DNA of 64,000 bases from Bacillota bacterium. GTDB taxonomy: Bacteria; Bacillota_I; Bacilli_A; RF39; UBA660. The stretch covers positions 35,440 through 99,439 of the forward strand of contig SVAW01000004.1 of assembly GCA_015059195.1 (NCBI GenBank), read 5' to 3'. Below, in pieces: positions 39,656 through 49,976 of this stretch. Under the pieces are notes generated by a model that made no database searches, was not told where the DNA came from, and saw only the letters and a list, made by a program, of their open reading frames with translations. The translations under genes were made by a program, and so were the position numbers. The number at the start of each line of letters is the position of its first letter. Positions within the stretch are counted from its first letter, which is position 1.

Positions 39656-40615
39656 ATGTTGTTAGATTTTTGTAAAGAACAAGAAATTGCTTATAATATG
39701 ATTCAAAATATAGTTAAAAAAGGCAATCTTTCTCATGCATATTTGATAGAAACAAATAATTATCGTGGAGGATTGGATTTTGCACTAGCGTTTGCTAAAA
39801 CAATATTGTGTCCTAAAAACAATTTGAGAAAAGAAAATTGTGGCGGATGTACACAATGTGAGAAGATAGCAAACAATTCATTTTCTGAATTAGAAATAAT
39901 TGAACCAGATGGCATCTGGATAAAAAAAGAGCAACTAGATAAATTACAGAAAAAATTTAGTACGAAATCATTAGAAAGTGGCAAAAAAGTTTATATTATA
40001 AATCATACAGAAAAACTGAATGTTTCTGCTGCTAATTCCATTTTAAAGTTTCTGGAGGAACCAGAGGATAATATTGTGGCTATTTTGCTCGTGGATAACA
40101 CTTATTCATTATTAGATACTATAATTTCACGTTGTCATATCATTAAATTAAATAATTGCTGTAATTTTCATAATGAGCTTACTACAATAGAAAAAGTTTC
40201 AAATTATTTATTTAATAATTTAGAAGAAATAAATAAATTCGTTGAACAAAGTAAAGAAAGCAACTATATTGCTGATATTTTAAATATTATTAAAAAACTT
40301 GAATCAACAGGAATAGAACTAATTTTAGAAGAAAATAAAATCTTTTCAACATTTTTAAGGGATAAAAGTGATTTTTCAAACTTTTTAGATATTGTTATTC
40401 TTTATTACAAAGATGTGCTAGACTATAAATTATCTCAAAAAATAACGGTTTTTAATGATTCTAAAGAGCATGTAGTATCTGTTTCTGAAATAAATACTAT
40501 TAATCAAATTATAAGAAAGATAGAAATCTTGACAAAAACTAAAGAAAGAATAAAATATAACTGTAATTTAAATTTAATATTGGATAAATTAATAATTTTG
40601 TTTGGAGGTGTTTAA
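39656..40615 (+). CDS. holB: DNA polymerase III delta-prime subunit
   Basis: LSHAYLI, a cysteine-containing zinc module, an SRC motif (IISRCHII), and synteny with ricT. Confidence 0.85.
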   Translation: MLLDFCKEQEIAYNMIQNIVKKGNLSHAYLIETNNYRGGLDFALAFAKTILCPKNNLRKENCGGCTQCEKIANNSFSELEIIEPDGIWIKKEQLDKLQKKFSTKSLESGKKVYIINHTEKLNVSAANSILKFLEEPEDNIVAILLVDNTYSLLDTIISRCHIIKLNNCCNFHNELTTIEKVSNYLFNNLEEINKFVEQSKESNYIADILNIIKKLESTGIELILEENKIFSTFLRDKSDFSNFLDIVILYYKDVLDYKLSQKITVFNDSKEHVVSVSEINTINQIIRKIEILTKTKERIKYNCNLNLILDKLIILFGGV

Positions 40616-40616
40616 A

Positions 40617-41396
40617 ATGATAGAAGTAGTAGGAATTTCTTTTAAAAATAGTAGTAAAATTTATTATTTTTTACCTAATAAACTGAAGCTTAAAAAAAAT
40701 ATAACTGTTATTGTAGAAACTGAAAAAGGCTTAGAGTTTGGTCGAGTAGAATTGGAAAACTTTGATGTTAATTCAGAACAGATATCTACATCACTAAGCA
40801 AAGTATTGCGCATTGCTACCAAAGAAGACTATCTTAAATTTAAACAAAATGAAAAAGAAGAAAAAATTGCGCTTACAGCATGTAGAAAATTAATAGAAAA
40901 ATATAATTTGAATATGGTTGTTTTAGATGCACATTATACTTTTGACCGTCAACAACTAATTTTTAGATTTATGTCTGATTCTAGAATAGATTTTAGGGAT
41001 TTAGCCAAATCTTTAGCAAGCAAATATAAAACACGAATAGAATTAAGACAAATAGGGGCCAGAGATAAAGCTAGAGAAGTTGGTGGCTGCGGACAATGTG
41101 GACAAACTCTTTGTTGTGCTAGATTTCTAAAAGATATGGACTCTGTTTCGATTAATATGGCTAAAAATCAAAATATTGCTTTAAATCCTTCTAAAATTAA
41201 TGGAGTTTGTGGTAGGTTGTTATGTTGTCTAAAATACGAAGATGATAATTACAAAGAGTGTAAAAAAAATCTTCCTAAGGTAGGATCTAAAGTTGTCACA
41301 GATAAAGGAGAAGGAAAGGTAATTAGCGTTGATGTTTTAAAACAACAATATAAAGTTGACGTCACTAATGTAGGAATAGTAGAGGTATCAAAATAA
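40617..41396 (+). CDS. ricT: PSP1-domain protein RicT/YaaT (stage 0 sporulation protein)
   Basis: PSP1 domain with a Cys cluster (GGCGQCGQTLCCARFL … CGRLLCCLKYE). ATG at 40617 after GGAGGTG. Confidence 0.88.
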   Translation: MIEVVGISFKNSSKIYYFLPNKLKLKKNITVIVETEKGLEFGRVELENFDVNSEQISTSLSKVLRIATKEDYLKFKQNEKEEKIALTACRKLIEKYNLNMVVLDAHYTFDRQQLIFRFMSDSRIDFRDLAKSLASKYKTRIELRQIGARDKAREVGGCGQCGQTLCCARFLKDMDSVSINMAKNQNIALNPSKINGVCGRLLCCLKYEDDNYKECKKNLPKVGSKVVTDKGEGKVISVDVLKQQYKVDVTNVGIVEVSK

Positions 41397-42124
41397 TGGA
41401 AGTAAAGAATTATCTTTTAGGATATCAAGATATGTATATATATCAAGATACTGATTATTTTAATTTTTCATTAGACTCTGTTTTGTTACCTAATTTTGTT
41501 ACCTTAAATAAGAATACGAAGAAAATATTAGACATTGGTTGTGGAAATGCACCGATTCCGCTAATTTTATCGACAAAAACAAATGCAGATATTGTTGGAA
41601 TTGAAATTCAAACAGAAATATATAATTTAGCTCAAAAGTCTGTTTTAGAAAATGGACTGCAAAATAAAATTACAATATTAAATGAAGATGTAATGGAATA
41701 TGCCAAACACCAAGAAAGTGACCAATTTGATTTAATAACTTGTAATCCCCCTTTTTTTAAGATTGATGAAGGCTCAAATTTAAATCACAATATGTGCAAG
41801 ACTATTGCGAGACATGAAGTTGCATTAACTTTAGATAATGTGTTTAAGATTGCAAAGAAATTATTAAAGAATAATGGTTTAATTGGAATGGTACATAGAC
41901 CAGATAGATTGATAGAAATTATTGAGTCGATGAAAAAAAATAATATCGAACCTAAAAAAATTAGGTTAGTTTACCCAAAAACTGCGATGAATGCAAGTAT
42001 GTTGTTGATAGAGGGAAGCAAAAATGGTAAACCCGGATTAAAAATTATGCCTCCATTGTACGCTCATGAACAAGATGGTGGTTATAGTAAAGAAGTTTTA
42101 AGTTTTTTTGAAAAGAGTGATTAA
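41396..42124 (+). CDS. tRNA (adenine37-N6)-methyltransferase, TrmN6/YabB family
   Basis: SAM motif DIGCGNA and catalytic NPPFF. Confidence 0.8.
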   Translation: MEVKNYLLGYQDMYIYQDTDYFNFSLDSVLLPNFVTLNKNTKKILDIGCGNAPIPLILSTKTNADIVGIEIQTEIYNLAQKSVLENGLQNKITILNEDVMEYAKHQESDQFDLITCNPPFFKIDEGSNLNHNMCKTIARHEVALTLDNVFKIAKKLLKNNGLIGMVHRPDRLIEIIESMKKNNIEPKKIRLVYPKTAMNASMLLIEGSKNGKPGLKIMPPLYAHEQDGGYSKEVLSFFEKSD

Positions 42125-42125
42125 A

Positions 42126-42968
42126 ATGATTCAAAAGAGTTATGATAATACGCCAACGGTGTATCTTATACCTACTCCAATAGGTAATTTAGAAGATATA
42201 ACACTAAGGGCAATTAATGTTTTAAAACAAGTTGAAGTTATTTTTTCTGAAGATACCAGAGTTACGGGATTATTGCTTCAACATTTGAATATAAAAAAAA
42301 GATTAATATCAAGTCATGAACATAATGAAAATGATAACATAGTTAAAATGATTGGTTATTTAAATCAAGGTAAGGATGTAGGAATAGTAACAGATAGAGG
42401 AACTCCAATAATAAGTGATCCAGGGTATGGATTAGTTAAAGGAGCAATTGCTCACAAGTATAATGTTGTAGGTTTGCCAGGACCCACAGCATTGATTCCA
42501 GCTTTAATTACCTCAGGGATTAGCCCTTCTCCATTTTTATTTTATGGATTTTTAAATAGTAAAGATAATAAAAGAATAAAAGAATTAGAACAATTAAGAA
42601 ATCAAACCGCAACCATTATTTTTTATGAATCACCTCATAGATTAATGAAATTGCTGCAAAATATATATGAAGTGTTGGGAAATAGGCAAATATCTATTTC
42701 CCGGGAAATAAGTAAAAAATATGAAGAAATTATTAGAGGAAAGGTTTCTGATATTGTAAATATAGATATTAATATAAAGGGAGAATTTGTAATTGTTCTA
42801 GAAGGAAATACAGAAAGTGTAGATTATACAAAAATATCCATTACAGAACATGTAAATGCATATATTAAAGAAGGTAATTCAGTTAATGAGGCAATAAAGG
42901 CAACTGCTAGAGATAGAGGTATAACTAAAAAAGAAGTCTATAACGATTATCATCAAATAAAAAAGTAG
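42126..42968 (+). CDS. rsmI: 16S rRNA (cytidine1402-2'-O)-methyltransferase
   Basis: Tetrapyrrole-methylase fold. LYLIPTPIGNLEDITLRA and SDPG motifs. Confidence 0.9.
   Translation: MIQKSYDNTPTVYLIPTPIGNLEDITLRAINVLKQVEVIFSEDTRVTGLLLQHLNIKKRLISSHEHNENDNIVKMIGYLNQGKDVGIVTDRGTPIISDPGYGLVKGAIAHKYNVVGLPGPTALIPALITSGISPSPFLFYGFLNSKDNKRIKELEQLRNQTATIIFYESPHRLMKLLQNIYEVLGNRQISISREISKKYEEIIRGKVSDIVNIDINIKGEFVIVLEGNTESVDYTKISITEHVNAYIKEGNSVNEAIKATARDRGITKKEVYNDYHQIKK
42695..42710. promoter_or_regulatory. Second perfect Noc-binding site palindrome TATTTCCCGGGAAATA
   Basis: Exact 16-bp palindrome inside rsmI (codons for …ISREI…). Confidence 0.7.
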
Positions 42969-42975
42969 GTGAAAC

Positions 42976-43530
42976 ATGAAATTAATAGTTGGATTAGGGA
43001 ATCCAGGAAAAGAGTACGAAAATACAAGACATAATGTAGGTTTTATGGTTATTGATAATTATCTAAAAAATGTCAAATCAAATAATTTCAAAACTAAGTT
43101 TTCTGGATTATATGTCGATTTAATAATAAATGGTGAGAAAGTCATTTTCTTAAAGCCACAAAAATATATGAATTTGTCAGGAGAAGTTATACGAGAATTT
43201 ATAAAGTTTTATAAAGTTAATATTGAAGATTTGTTAATAATAAGTGATGATATTGATATGCTTTGTGGGAAGATTCGCCTAAGATCAAAAGGAAGCTCTG
43301 GAGGACATAATGGATTAAAAAATATAGAGTTAGAAACAGGTACAAACGAGTACAAACGATTAAAAATAGGCGTGGGAAATAATAAAAATGTTGAAACTAA
43401 AGATTATGTGTTAGGAAAGTTTGATCAACAAGAACTTCAGATAATCAATGAAACTATAGAAAAAACAGAAGCTATTATAAATGATTTTTTGCAGAAAAAA
43501 TTTGATGAATTGATGAGTAAATATAACTAG
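42976..43530 (+). CDS. pth: Peptidyl-tRNA hydrolase
   Basis: MKLIVGLGNPGKEYENTRHNVGF start. Confidence 0.95.
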   Translation: MKLIVGLGNPGKEYENTRHNVGFMVIDNYLKNVKSNNFKTKFSGLYVDLIINGEKVIFLKPQKYMNLSGEVIREFIKFYKVNIEDLLIISDDIDMLCGKIRLRSKGSSGGHNGLKNIELETGTNEYKRLKIGVGNNKNVETKDYVLGKFDQQELQIINETIEKTEAIINDFLQKKFDELMSKYN

Positions 43531-43576
43531 GTGGGGATGATACGAAAGTATCATTTTTGTCGTAAGGAGGAACAGA

Positions 43577-46500
43577 ATGAAAATATTGGAAGAAAAGTTT
43601 AGGTTACCTTTGAAAAGTTTAAATTTGATTGGTTTTACTAACGAGTTAAAAGCAATGTATGTAAATTTTTGTTTTCAAGAACAAAAGAAGAGCATCATTT
43701 TTGTGACATCCACATTGTATGAGGCCAACCAACTATATAGAACTATTTCTAATTATAGCCATGATGTTCTATTTTTTCCTATGGATGATTTTTTAACTAG
43801 TGAAATAATTGCAATGTCCCCAGAATTAAAAGTTAAAAGATTGGAAACCTTGATAGAATCATTGTCTGAAACTCCAAAAATTGTAATAACAAATTTAATG
43901 GGTTATTTGAGATTTTTACCTATGAAGAAAAATTTCAAGAAAAGTATAATAACTCTTACTATAAATTCCAACATTAATATGAATAATTTATTAGAACACT
44001 TGATTTTCTTGGGATATACTAGAGAAATGATAGTAAATAAAACTGGCGAGTTTGCTGTTCGTGGCTTTATAATAGATATTTTTCCTATTAATTTTGAGCA
44101 TCCAGTAAGAATTGAATTCTTTGGCGATGAGATAGAATCAATTCGAATATTTAATGTTGATAACCAGTTAACAACCAAAGTAATTGATGAAATTACAATA
44201 TATCCGAATACAGAGGATATTATAGATAGTTCCATGCATATAGAAAATCATTATGAAATCGCACAAGTTACTGAAACTACCAATATTTCTAATTATTTTG
44301 AGTCCCCAATTGTATTTTTTAATGATTATACAGCTATTTTGAAAAGCCATGATTTGCTTCTTAAGGAAATATATGAATATAACATGGAAAAAAACATATC
44401 ACAAAACATTATGCATATGAATGATATGAGAAAATTACATTCCAAAATAATTGTTAACTTTACTAATTTTGATGATAACCTCGATATAACATCTGAATGT
44501 ATTCAATTAAAAGCTAAAATGTTAGATTTAAGATTGAAAAGTCTTAATGATTTAAAAGAAATATTGCTTGAACATTTAAAAAGTCATAAAACAATTGTTG
44601 TTGCATTAAATGATCGATATAAGGCTAATAGCATTGAAGAATTTATAGAAGAGTTAAATCCGGTACTAACAAATGAACAGGAAATATACGAAAATAGAAT
44701 AAATATAATAGTTAAAAAAATGAATTGCGGATTTGAATATGAAAATTATGTATTTATAACACAAAATGATTTGTTTAATACTAAAGAGAGCGAAGACGGC
44801 TATAAAAGTAAGTTTCGTTTTGGAACCAAAATTAAGGACATAACTAAGTTGGAAATTGGAGATTACGTAGTTCATTATGTTCATGGTATAGGCAGATATG
44901 TGGGACTTAAAACATTAAACAAAAACGGACTAAATAAGGATTATTTGCAAATAGAATATAGAGACAGCGATAAATTATATATTCCGGTAGAAAAGATAGA
45001 TTTTATAAGCAAATATTCTTCAGGTGATGGAATTATACCGAAAATAAACAAGCTTGGTGGAACAGAATGGGAGAAGACTAAGTTAAGGGTACGAAAAAAA
45101 GTTGAGGATATAGCAACCGATTTATTAAAATTATATGCTTTAAGAGAACAAAGTATTGGGTTTGCATTTCCAAAAGACACTGATGAACAGTTAGAATTTG
45201 AAAGGAAATTCCAATATGAAGATACTATTGATCAAATTAAAGTGTTGGATGAAATAAAAAAAGATATGGAAAAATCTAATCCAATGGATCGTCTTTTGTG
45301 TGGAGATGTTGGCTATGGTAAAACAGAAGTGGCTTTTAGAGCTATTTTTAAAGCTATAATGGGTGGGAAACAAGTTGCTTTATTGTGCCCAACTACAATT
45401 CTTTCTAATCAACATTATCAAAACGCTTTAGAACGGTTTAAAGATTATCCTGTTAATATTAATTTATTAAATAGATTTGTAAGTAAGAAGGAGGCTACGA
45501 AGGTTTTACAGAATTTAAAAGAAGGAAAAGTAGATATACTTATTGGAACACATAGAATTTTAAGTGATGATGTACAATTTAAGGATTTAGGACTTTTAGT
45601 TATAGACGAAGAGCAAAGGTTTGGAGTTAAACATAAAGAAAAGATTAAGTGTATAAGAAATAATGTGGATGTTCTAACTCTATCTGCCACTCCAATACCT
45701 AGAACGCTTCAAATGTCTATGTCAGGTTTAAAAAGTTTATCATTGATAGAAACTCCTCCGACAGACAGGTATCCGGTCCAAACTTATGTATTATCACAAA
45801 GTAATCAAATTGTTAAAGATGCAATATATAAAGAGTTATCTCGCCAGGGGCAAGTTTTTATTCTTTATAATCATATTGAAGATATGGAATCACGGATGTC
45901 AGAGTTGCAACAAATAGTACCAGAGGCTAAGATTATTTATGCTCATGGTCAAATGGATAAAGAAAAATTGGAAAATATTATGTTGGCTTTTATAAATAAG
46001 GAATTTGATGTATTATTATGCACCACTATTATAGAAACCGGCATTGATATACCTAATGCTAACACTCTGATTATTTATGACGCGGATAGATTTGGATTAT
46101 CGCAACTTTATCAGATACGAGGAAGAGTAGGTAGAAGTAATAGAATTGCTTACTGCTATTTAATGTATGATAAGTATAAGATACTTTCAGAAATAGCGGA
46201 AAAGAGATTAAAAGCAATAAAAGATTTTACTGAGTTAGGAAGTGGATTTGCTATTGCTATGAGAGATTTGGCTATTAGAGGTGCTGGGGATATTCTTGGT
46301 AGTGAGCAGGCTGGATTTGTTGATTCTGTTGGAATTGATATGTTCTTAAAAATGCTGGATGAGGAGGTAAAAAGATCTAGGGGTGAGGCAATAGAAAATC
46401 ATAAAGATGATTCTCAACCATTAGTAGAGGTTTCTACCTCAATTCCGGATTCATATGTACAGGAAGACGAGTTAAAAATATATATTCATCAACGAATAAA

Positions 46501-46864
46501 TAAAATTGATTCTGTGGAATCAATAAATTTATTGATTGGAGAGTTGGAAGATAGATTTGGTAAGTTAGAAAAAGATATAATAATATATATGTATCAAGAG
46601 CTATTTGAAAAAAAAGCTTCAAAATTAAATATAAAGGATATCAAGCAAACTAAAAACTCAATAGAGGTGTGGCTTCCGGTAGATTTAACTAATTCTATTT
46701 CTGGTGAACATTTATTTTTGGAGGTAATGAAATTATCCCGAATGTTTAGATTTAGTATGAAATTAAAAAGGCTTATTATTACCCTAGATATAGTGAAGCT
46801 AGATAAACATTATATTTACTATTTAATCGATTTGATGGATATAATGGAAAAAGCAAGGAAATAG
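43577..46864 (+). CDS. mfd: Transcription-repair coupling factor
   Basis: 1095 aa. UvrB-homology N-terminus, RNAP-interaction domain (GDYVVHYVHGIGRY), helicase motifs GDVGYGKTE and DEEQRFG, and a TRG motif. Confidence 0.95.
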   Translation: MKILEEKFRLPLKSLNLIGFTNELKAMYVNFCFQEQKKSIIFVTSTLYEANQLYRTISNYSHDVLFFPMDDFLTSEIIAMSPELKVKRLETLIESLSETPKIVITNLMGYLRFLPMKKNFKKSIITLTINSNINMNNLLEHLIFLGYTREMIVNKTGEFAVRGFIIDIFPINFEHPVRIEFFGDEIESIRIFNVDNQLTTKVIDEITIYPNTEDIIDSSMHIENHYEIAQVTETTNISNYFESPIVFFNDYTAILKSHDLLLKEIYEYNMEKNISQNIMHMNDMRKLHSKIIVNFTNFDDNLDITSECIQLKAKMLDLRLKSLNDLKEILLEHLKSHKTIVVALNDRYKANSIEEFIEELNPVLTNEQEIYENRINIIVKKMNCGFEYENYVFITQNDLFNTKESEDGYKSKFRFGTKIKDITKLEIGDYVVHYVHGIGRYVGLKTLNKNGLNKDYLQIEYRDSDKLYIPVEKIDFISKYSSGDGIIPKINKLGGTEWEKTKLRVRKKVEDIATDLLKLYALREQSIGFAFPKDTDEQLEFERKFQYEDTIDQIKVLDEIKKDMEKSNPMDRLLCGDVGYGKTEVAFRAIFKAIMGGKQVALLCPTTILSNQHYQNALERFKDYPVNINLLNRFVSKKEATKVLQNLKEGKVDILIGTHRILSDDVQFKDLGLLVIDEEQRFGVKHKEKIKCIRNNVDVLTLSATPIPRTLQMSMSGLKSLSLIETPPTDRYPVQTYVLSQSNQIVKDAIYKELSRQGQVFILYNHIEDMESRMSELQQIVPEAKIIYAHGQMDKEKLENIMLAFINKEFDVLLCTTIIETGIDIPNANTLIIYDADRFGLSQLYQIRGRVGRSNRIAYCYLMYDKYKILSEIAEKRLKAIKDFTELGSGFAIAMRDLAIRGAGDILGSEQAGFVDSVGIDMFLKMLDEEVKRSRGEAIENHKDDSQPLVEVSTSIPDSYVQEDELKIYIHQRINKIDSVESINLLIGELEDRFGKLEKDIIIYMYQELFEKKASKLNIKDIKQTKNSIEVWLPVDLTNSISGEHLFLEVMKLSRMFRFSMKLKRLIITLDIVKLDKHYIYYLIDLMDIMEKARK

Positions 46865-46953
46865 ATTATTAACTATTTCTTTTTTAATTTGTTAATTCAA
46901 CAAGTATAAAAATAAGGTAACTAAACACAATAAAATAAGGAAGCGAGGTTTGT

Positions 46954-47484
46954 ATGAAAACAACAGGTATTGTTAGAAGGATAGATGATTTAGGTCGAAT
47001 AGTAATTCCAAAAGAAATAAGAAAAAATTTGAGAATTACCGATGGAGAAAATATTGAGATTTTTATTGATGAGGAAAATATTATTTTAAAAAAATATTCA
47101 TTGTTAAATAAAATAGATGATTATGCCGAAAAACTAGCGGATGTTATTCGCGTCACTTTAAAGAAAGACGTTATAATAACTGACACAGATAGAATAGTTT
47201 CAGTTACGGGGAGAACAAAAAAAGCTTGTTTAAATGAGCCAATAAGTGCATATTTGAGCGCATGTATAAAGAAGCGAGAAAATATTTGTGAAAAAAAAGT
47301 AACAACTATAAAATTAACTGACAATCGAACTGTAGAAAGTGCATTTTGTTTATCAACCATTATAGCATCAGGTGATGCAATCGGATTAATAATTTTATTA
47401 TCAGAGGATGGAACGTTGTCAGATATTGATATTATAGCTTGCCAAATAGTTACAAAGTTTTTATCTAAGATGCTTGAGGATTGA
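46954..47484 (+). CDS. spoVT: Stage V sporulation protein T (AbrB-type N-domain + GAF-like C-domain)
   Basis: MKTTGIVRRIDDLGRIVIPKEIRKNLRI SpoVT/AbrB swapped-hairpin domain. 176 aa. Follows mfd as in B. subtilis. Confidence 0.88.
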   Translation: MKTTGIVRRIDDLGRIVIPKEIRKNLRITDGENIEIFIDEENIILKKYSLLNKIDDYAEKLADVIRVTLKKDVIITDTDRIVSVTGRTKKACLNEPISAYLSACIKKRENICEKKVTTIKLTDNRTVESAFCLSTIIASGDAIGLIILLSEDGTLSDIDIIACQIVTKFLSKMLED

Positions 47485-47524
47485 CCCAATAAATACTATA
47501 ATTACAACAAGATAAGGTGGTTAT

Positions 47525-48012
47525 ATGAGAAAAATAGAGAAAATCAGTTATGAACAATTAAAAAAAGATATATCTGATGACAAGAATCTTTATGATAACT
47601 ATGATTCGCCGAAAAGAAGCACAAAAAATAGTGCAAGATATGATATTAAGGCTCTAATGGATTATGTAATAAAGCCCAATGAAATTGTTAAGATTCCTAC
47701 AGGAGATAAAGCAAGTATGAATAATGATGATGTTTTATTTTTAATCATTAGAAGCAGTTTTGGTTTTAAATATAATGCTAGATTATGTAATCAAGTTGGT
47801 GTGATAGATTCGGATTATTATAATAACATTGATAATGAAGGACATATATTTGTTGCCTTAAAGAACGAGGGGTGGATAAAGATTTGATTATCTAGAAAGG
47901 TCAACATTTTGTACAAGAAATATTTATTAAATTTTTAACTGTAGATGATGAATTAGAAATCGTTTCAGATAGAACTGGTGGAATAGGAAGTACTACATGT
48001 GGTGCAAACTAG
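47525..48012 (+). pseudogene. dut: Trimeric dUTP diphosphatase gene disrupted by a frameshift and an in-frame TAG
   Basis: Frame 2 encodes motifs I-III (…NSARYDI…, IRSSFGF, GVIDSDYYNNIDNEGHIF) and stops at 47887. The rest (VDKDLII*KGQHFVQEIFIKFLTVDDELEIVSDRTGGIGSTT) lies in the -1 frame. That frame contains TAG at 47893-47895 and ends at 48012. Confidence 0.7.
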
Positions 48013-48136
48013 TGATTCAGCTAGTTTTTTTGTAAAATGTTGTAAATTGTCGGCACAATTATATTCCTTTGTATTGTATTGTGGTTGGGGAATGTGTTAT
48101 ATTGTCTTTGTTGCAAAAATAAAAAGGGAGAATATT

Positions 48137-48307
48137 ATGACAATAGAACAAAAGAAAGAATTAGGTGTAGTTGTTTCGATTGTGGCAGTGATATCATTAA
48201 TTGTTCTGGTTAGTTTGATAAATAAGTTTAATATATATGACTTCTTTTATCTAATAGTATGTATTGTATTTTTATTTAGATATATAAGGGTAAGAACAAA
48301 AAAATAA
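48137..48307 (+). CDS. Hypothetical small two-TM membrane protein (56 aa)
   Basis: ATG at 48137, 7 nt after AAGGGAG. MTIEQKKELGVVVSIVAVISLIVLVSLINKFNIYDFFYLIVCIVFLFRYIRVRTKK. No family recognised. Confidence 0.35.
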   Translation: MTIEQKKELGVVVSIVAVISLIVLVSLINKFNIYDFFYLIVCIVFLFRYIRVRTKK

Positions 48308-48347
48308 AATTATATCATATTTGTGGTATAATTTTTTTGGTGATAAT

Positions 48348-49106
48348 ATGATGATTGATACTCATTGTCATTTAAATTTTGAAGATTATAATAATTTAGA
48401 TGATATCATAAATAGAATGAAAGAAAATATAATTATAGTAAGTGGCTGTGATGGCAGGACAAACCAAGATGTGTTAAATTTGTGTAACAAGTACGACAAC
48501 ATATATGGATGTTTAGGCATTCATCCAGAAAGCGTTGATACTGCCACTGTTCAAGATTTGAAATTTATAGAAGGAAATTTAAATCACCCTAAAATAGTTG
48601 CCATAGGAGAGATTGGACTAGATTATTATTGGACTAAAGAGAACAAGGCATTACAGAAAGAGTGGTTTCAGAGTCAAATTGATTTAGCGAAGAAATATGA
48701 TAAAGCTATAGTTGTCCATTCTAGAGATTCTATCCAGGATACTTATGATATGTTGAAAAACAGTCAAGTATCAAAAGTTGATATTCATTGTTTTAGTTCT
48801 AGCTTGGAAATGGCAGAGAAATTTATTAAATTGGGTGCCAAGATTGGGATAGGTGGAGTATTAACGTTTAAAAAAAGCGAAAAATTAAAAGAAGTAGTTA
48901 AGGCAATAGATTTAAAACACATATTATTGGAAACAGATAGTCCTTATCTTACTCCAGAACCGTATAGAGGTCAAAAGAATGAACCTTATAACGTTTACTA
49001 TGTAGCTCAAAAAATAGCGGAAATAAAAGGGGAAACCTTAGAAAATGTTCTTAAAGAAACCTCTAAAAACGCCGTTATACAATTTGACTTGCCTATTGTT
49101 TTGTGA
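48348..49106 (+). CDS. tatD: TatD-family metal-dependent hydrolase (YabD)
   Basis: IDTHCHL, GEIGLDY, VHSRD and ETDSPYL motifs. Confidence 0.9.
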   Translation: MMIDTHCHLNFEDYNNLDDIINRMKENIIIVSGCDGRTNQDVLNLCNKYDNIYGCLGIHPESVDTATVQDLKFIEGNLNHPKIVAIGEIGLDYYWTKENKALQKEWFQSQIDLAKKYDKAIVVHSRDSIQDTYDMLKNSQVSKVDIHCFSSSLEMAEKFIKLGAKIGIGGVLTFKKSEKLKEVVKAIDLKHILLETDSPYLTPEPYRGQKNEPYNVYYVAQKIAEIKGETLENVLKETSKNAVIQFDLPIVL

Positions 49107-49140
49107 TAATATTTTCTTACATTAGATAAGAGGTGTAGAC

Positions 49141-49842
49141 ATGAATATATATTTAGTCCAATTGATAACAAATTGGGTAGGCATCTTATGTTTGGTAGTT
49201 CTTTCTTTGTTTGGAACTAATATAAAAGAAAATTCCATAATAATAAATAATAATACTGTTCATAATACAGATTCTGTATTATCTATGGTAACCGAATATA
49301 AAACTATTAAAAAATATAATAACAAACTGCCTCAAGGGACTATTAATGTTTTGGTCGAAGGAATAGATGGTATTTCATATGTGGATTCAAATGGGACAGA
49401 ACAGCAACTTAGACCGGTAGTTAATGAGGTATTAGAAATCGGTACTGGAGCAGGAGCTAATTACGTTGGTAATACTACTGGGTATGGTGCTGATTGCGAA
49501 GGATGTAGCGGAACTGTAGCATGCAGAACTCGTGAAGGCAAAAATCATCACCTTGTGAATGATGGTGTATATTACAAAGATATCCAGTATGGTGATGTAA
49601 GAATATTAGCTGCTTCTCATAAAGTTTTTGGATGTGGAACTATAATAGAAGTTGATAATGGAAGAGGCGAACCGTTTTTAGGTATTGTATTAGATACCGG
49701 AATAGACATGCGTAAGAATTGGGAATTATATGGTCTGATTCATTTAGATATCGCGTTTGAAACCCAAAAGGATCCGGCTGTATATTCTGTTACTTCAACT
49801 GGTTCTCGCGCAAAATTTGAGGTTAAAAGATGGGGATGGTAG
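49141..49842 (+). CDS. Membrane-anchored G5 + 3D domain cell-wall protein (YabE-like)
   Basis: N-terminal TM. G5-like segment (YKTIKKYNNKLPQGTINVLVEGIDG). 3D domain (GYGADCEGCSGTVACRT … ILAAS … LDTG … LDIAF). Follows tatD, as yabE follows yabD. Confidence 0.7.
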   Translation: MNIYLVQLITNWVGILCLVVLSLFGTNIKENSIIINNNTVHNTDSVLSMVTEYKTIKKYNNKLPQGTINVLVEGIDGISYVDSNGTEQQLRPVVNEVLEIGTGAGANYVGNTTGYGADCEGCSGTVACRTREGKNHHLVNDGVYYKDIQYGDVRILAASHKVFGCGTIIEVDNGRGEPFLGIVLDTGIDMRKNWELYGLIHLDIAFETQKDPAVYSVTSTGSRAKFEVKRWGW

Positions 49843-49976
49843 TCCTCCTTTTTTTATACATTGAATTAGCTTTATATAAAAAATAATGTTTAATATAGAA
49901 ATATTAACTTTATTTTGTATCTTCATTTGCTATGGTTAATTAAATTTAGTATAATTATGGAAGTTAGGAGGTCTTT

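Noticed and set aside
47999-48136. 5' part of the 102-aa ORF 47999-48307 (MVQTSDSASFFVKCCKLSAQ…).
   Set aside because: Its start overlaps the tail of the dUTPase pseudogene, and the rest of this segment has no RBS and looks non-coding. Only the distal 56 codons (48137-48307), with their own RBS and two TM helices, are kept, at low confidence.
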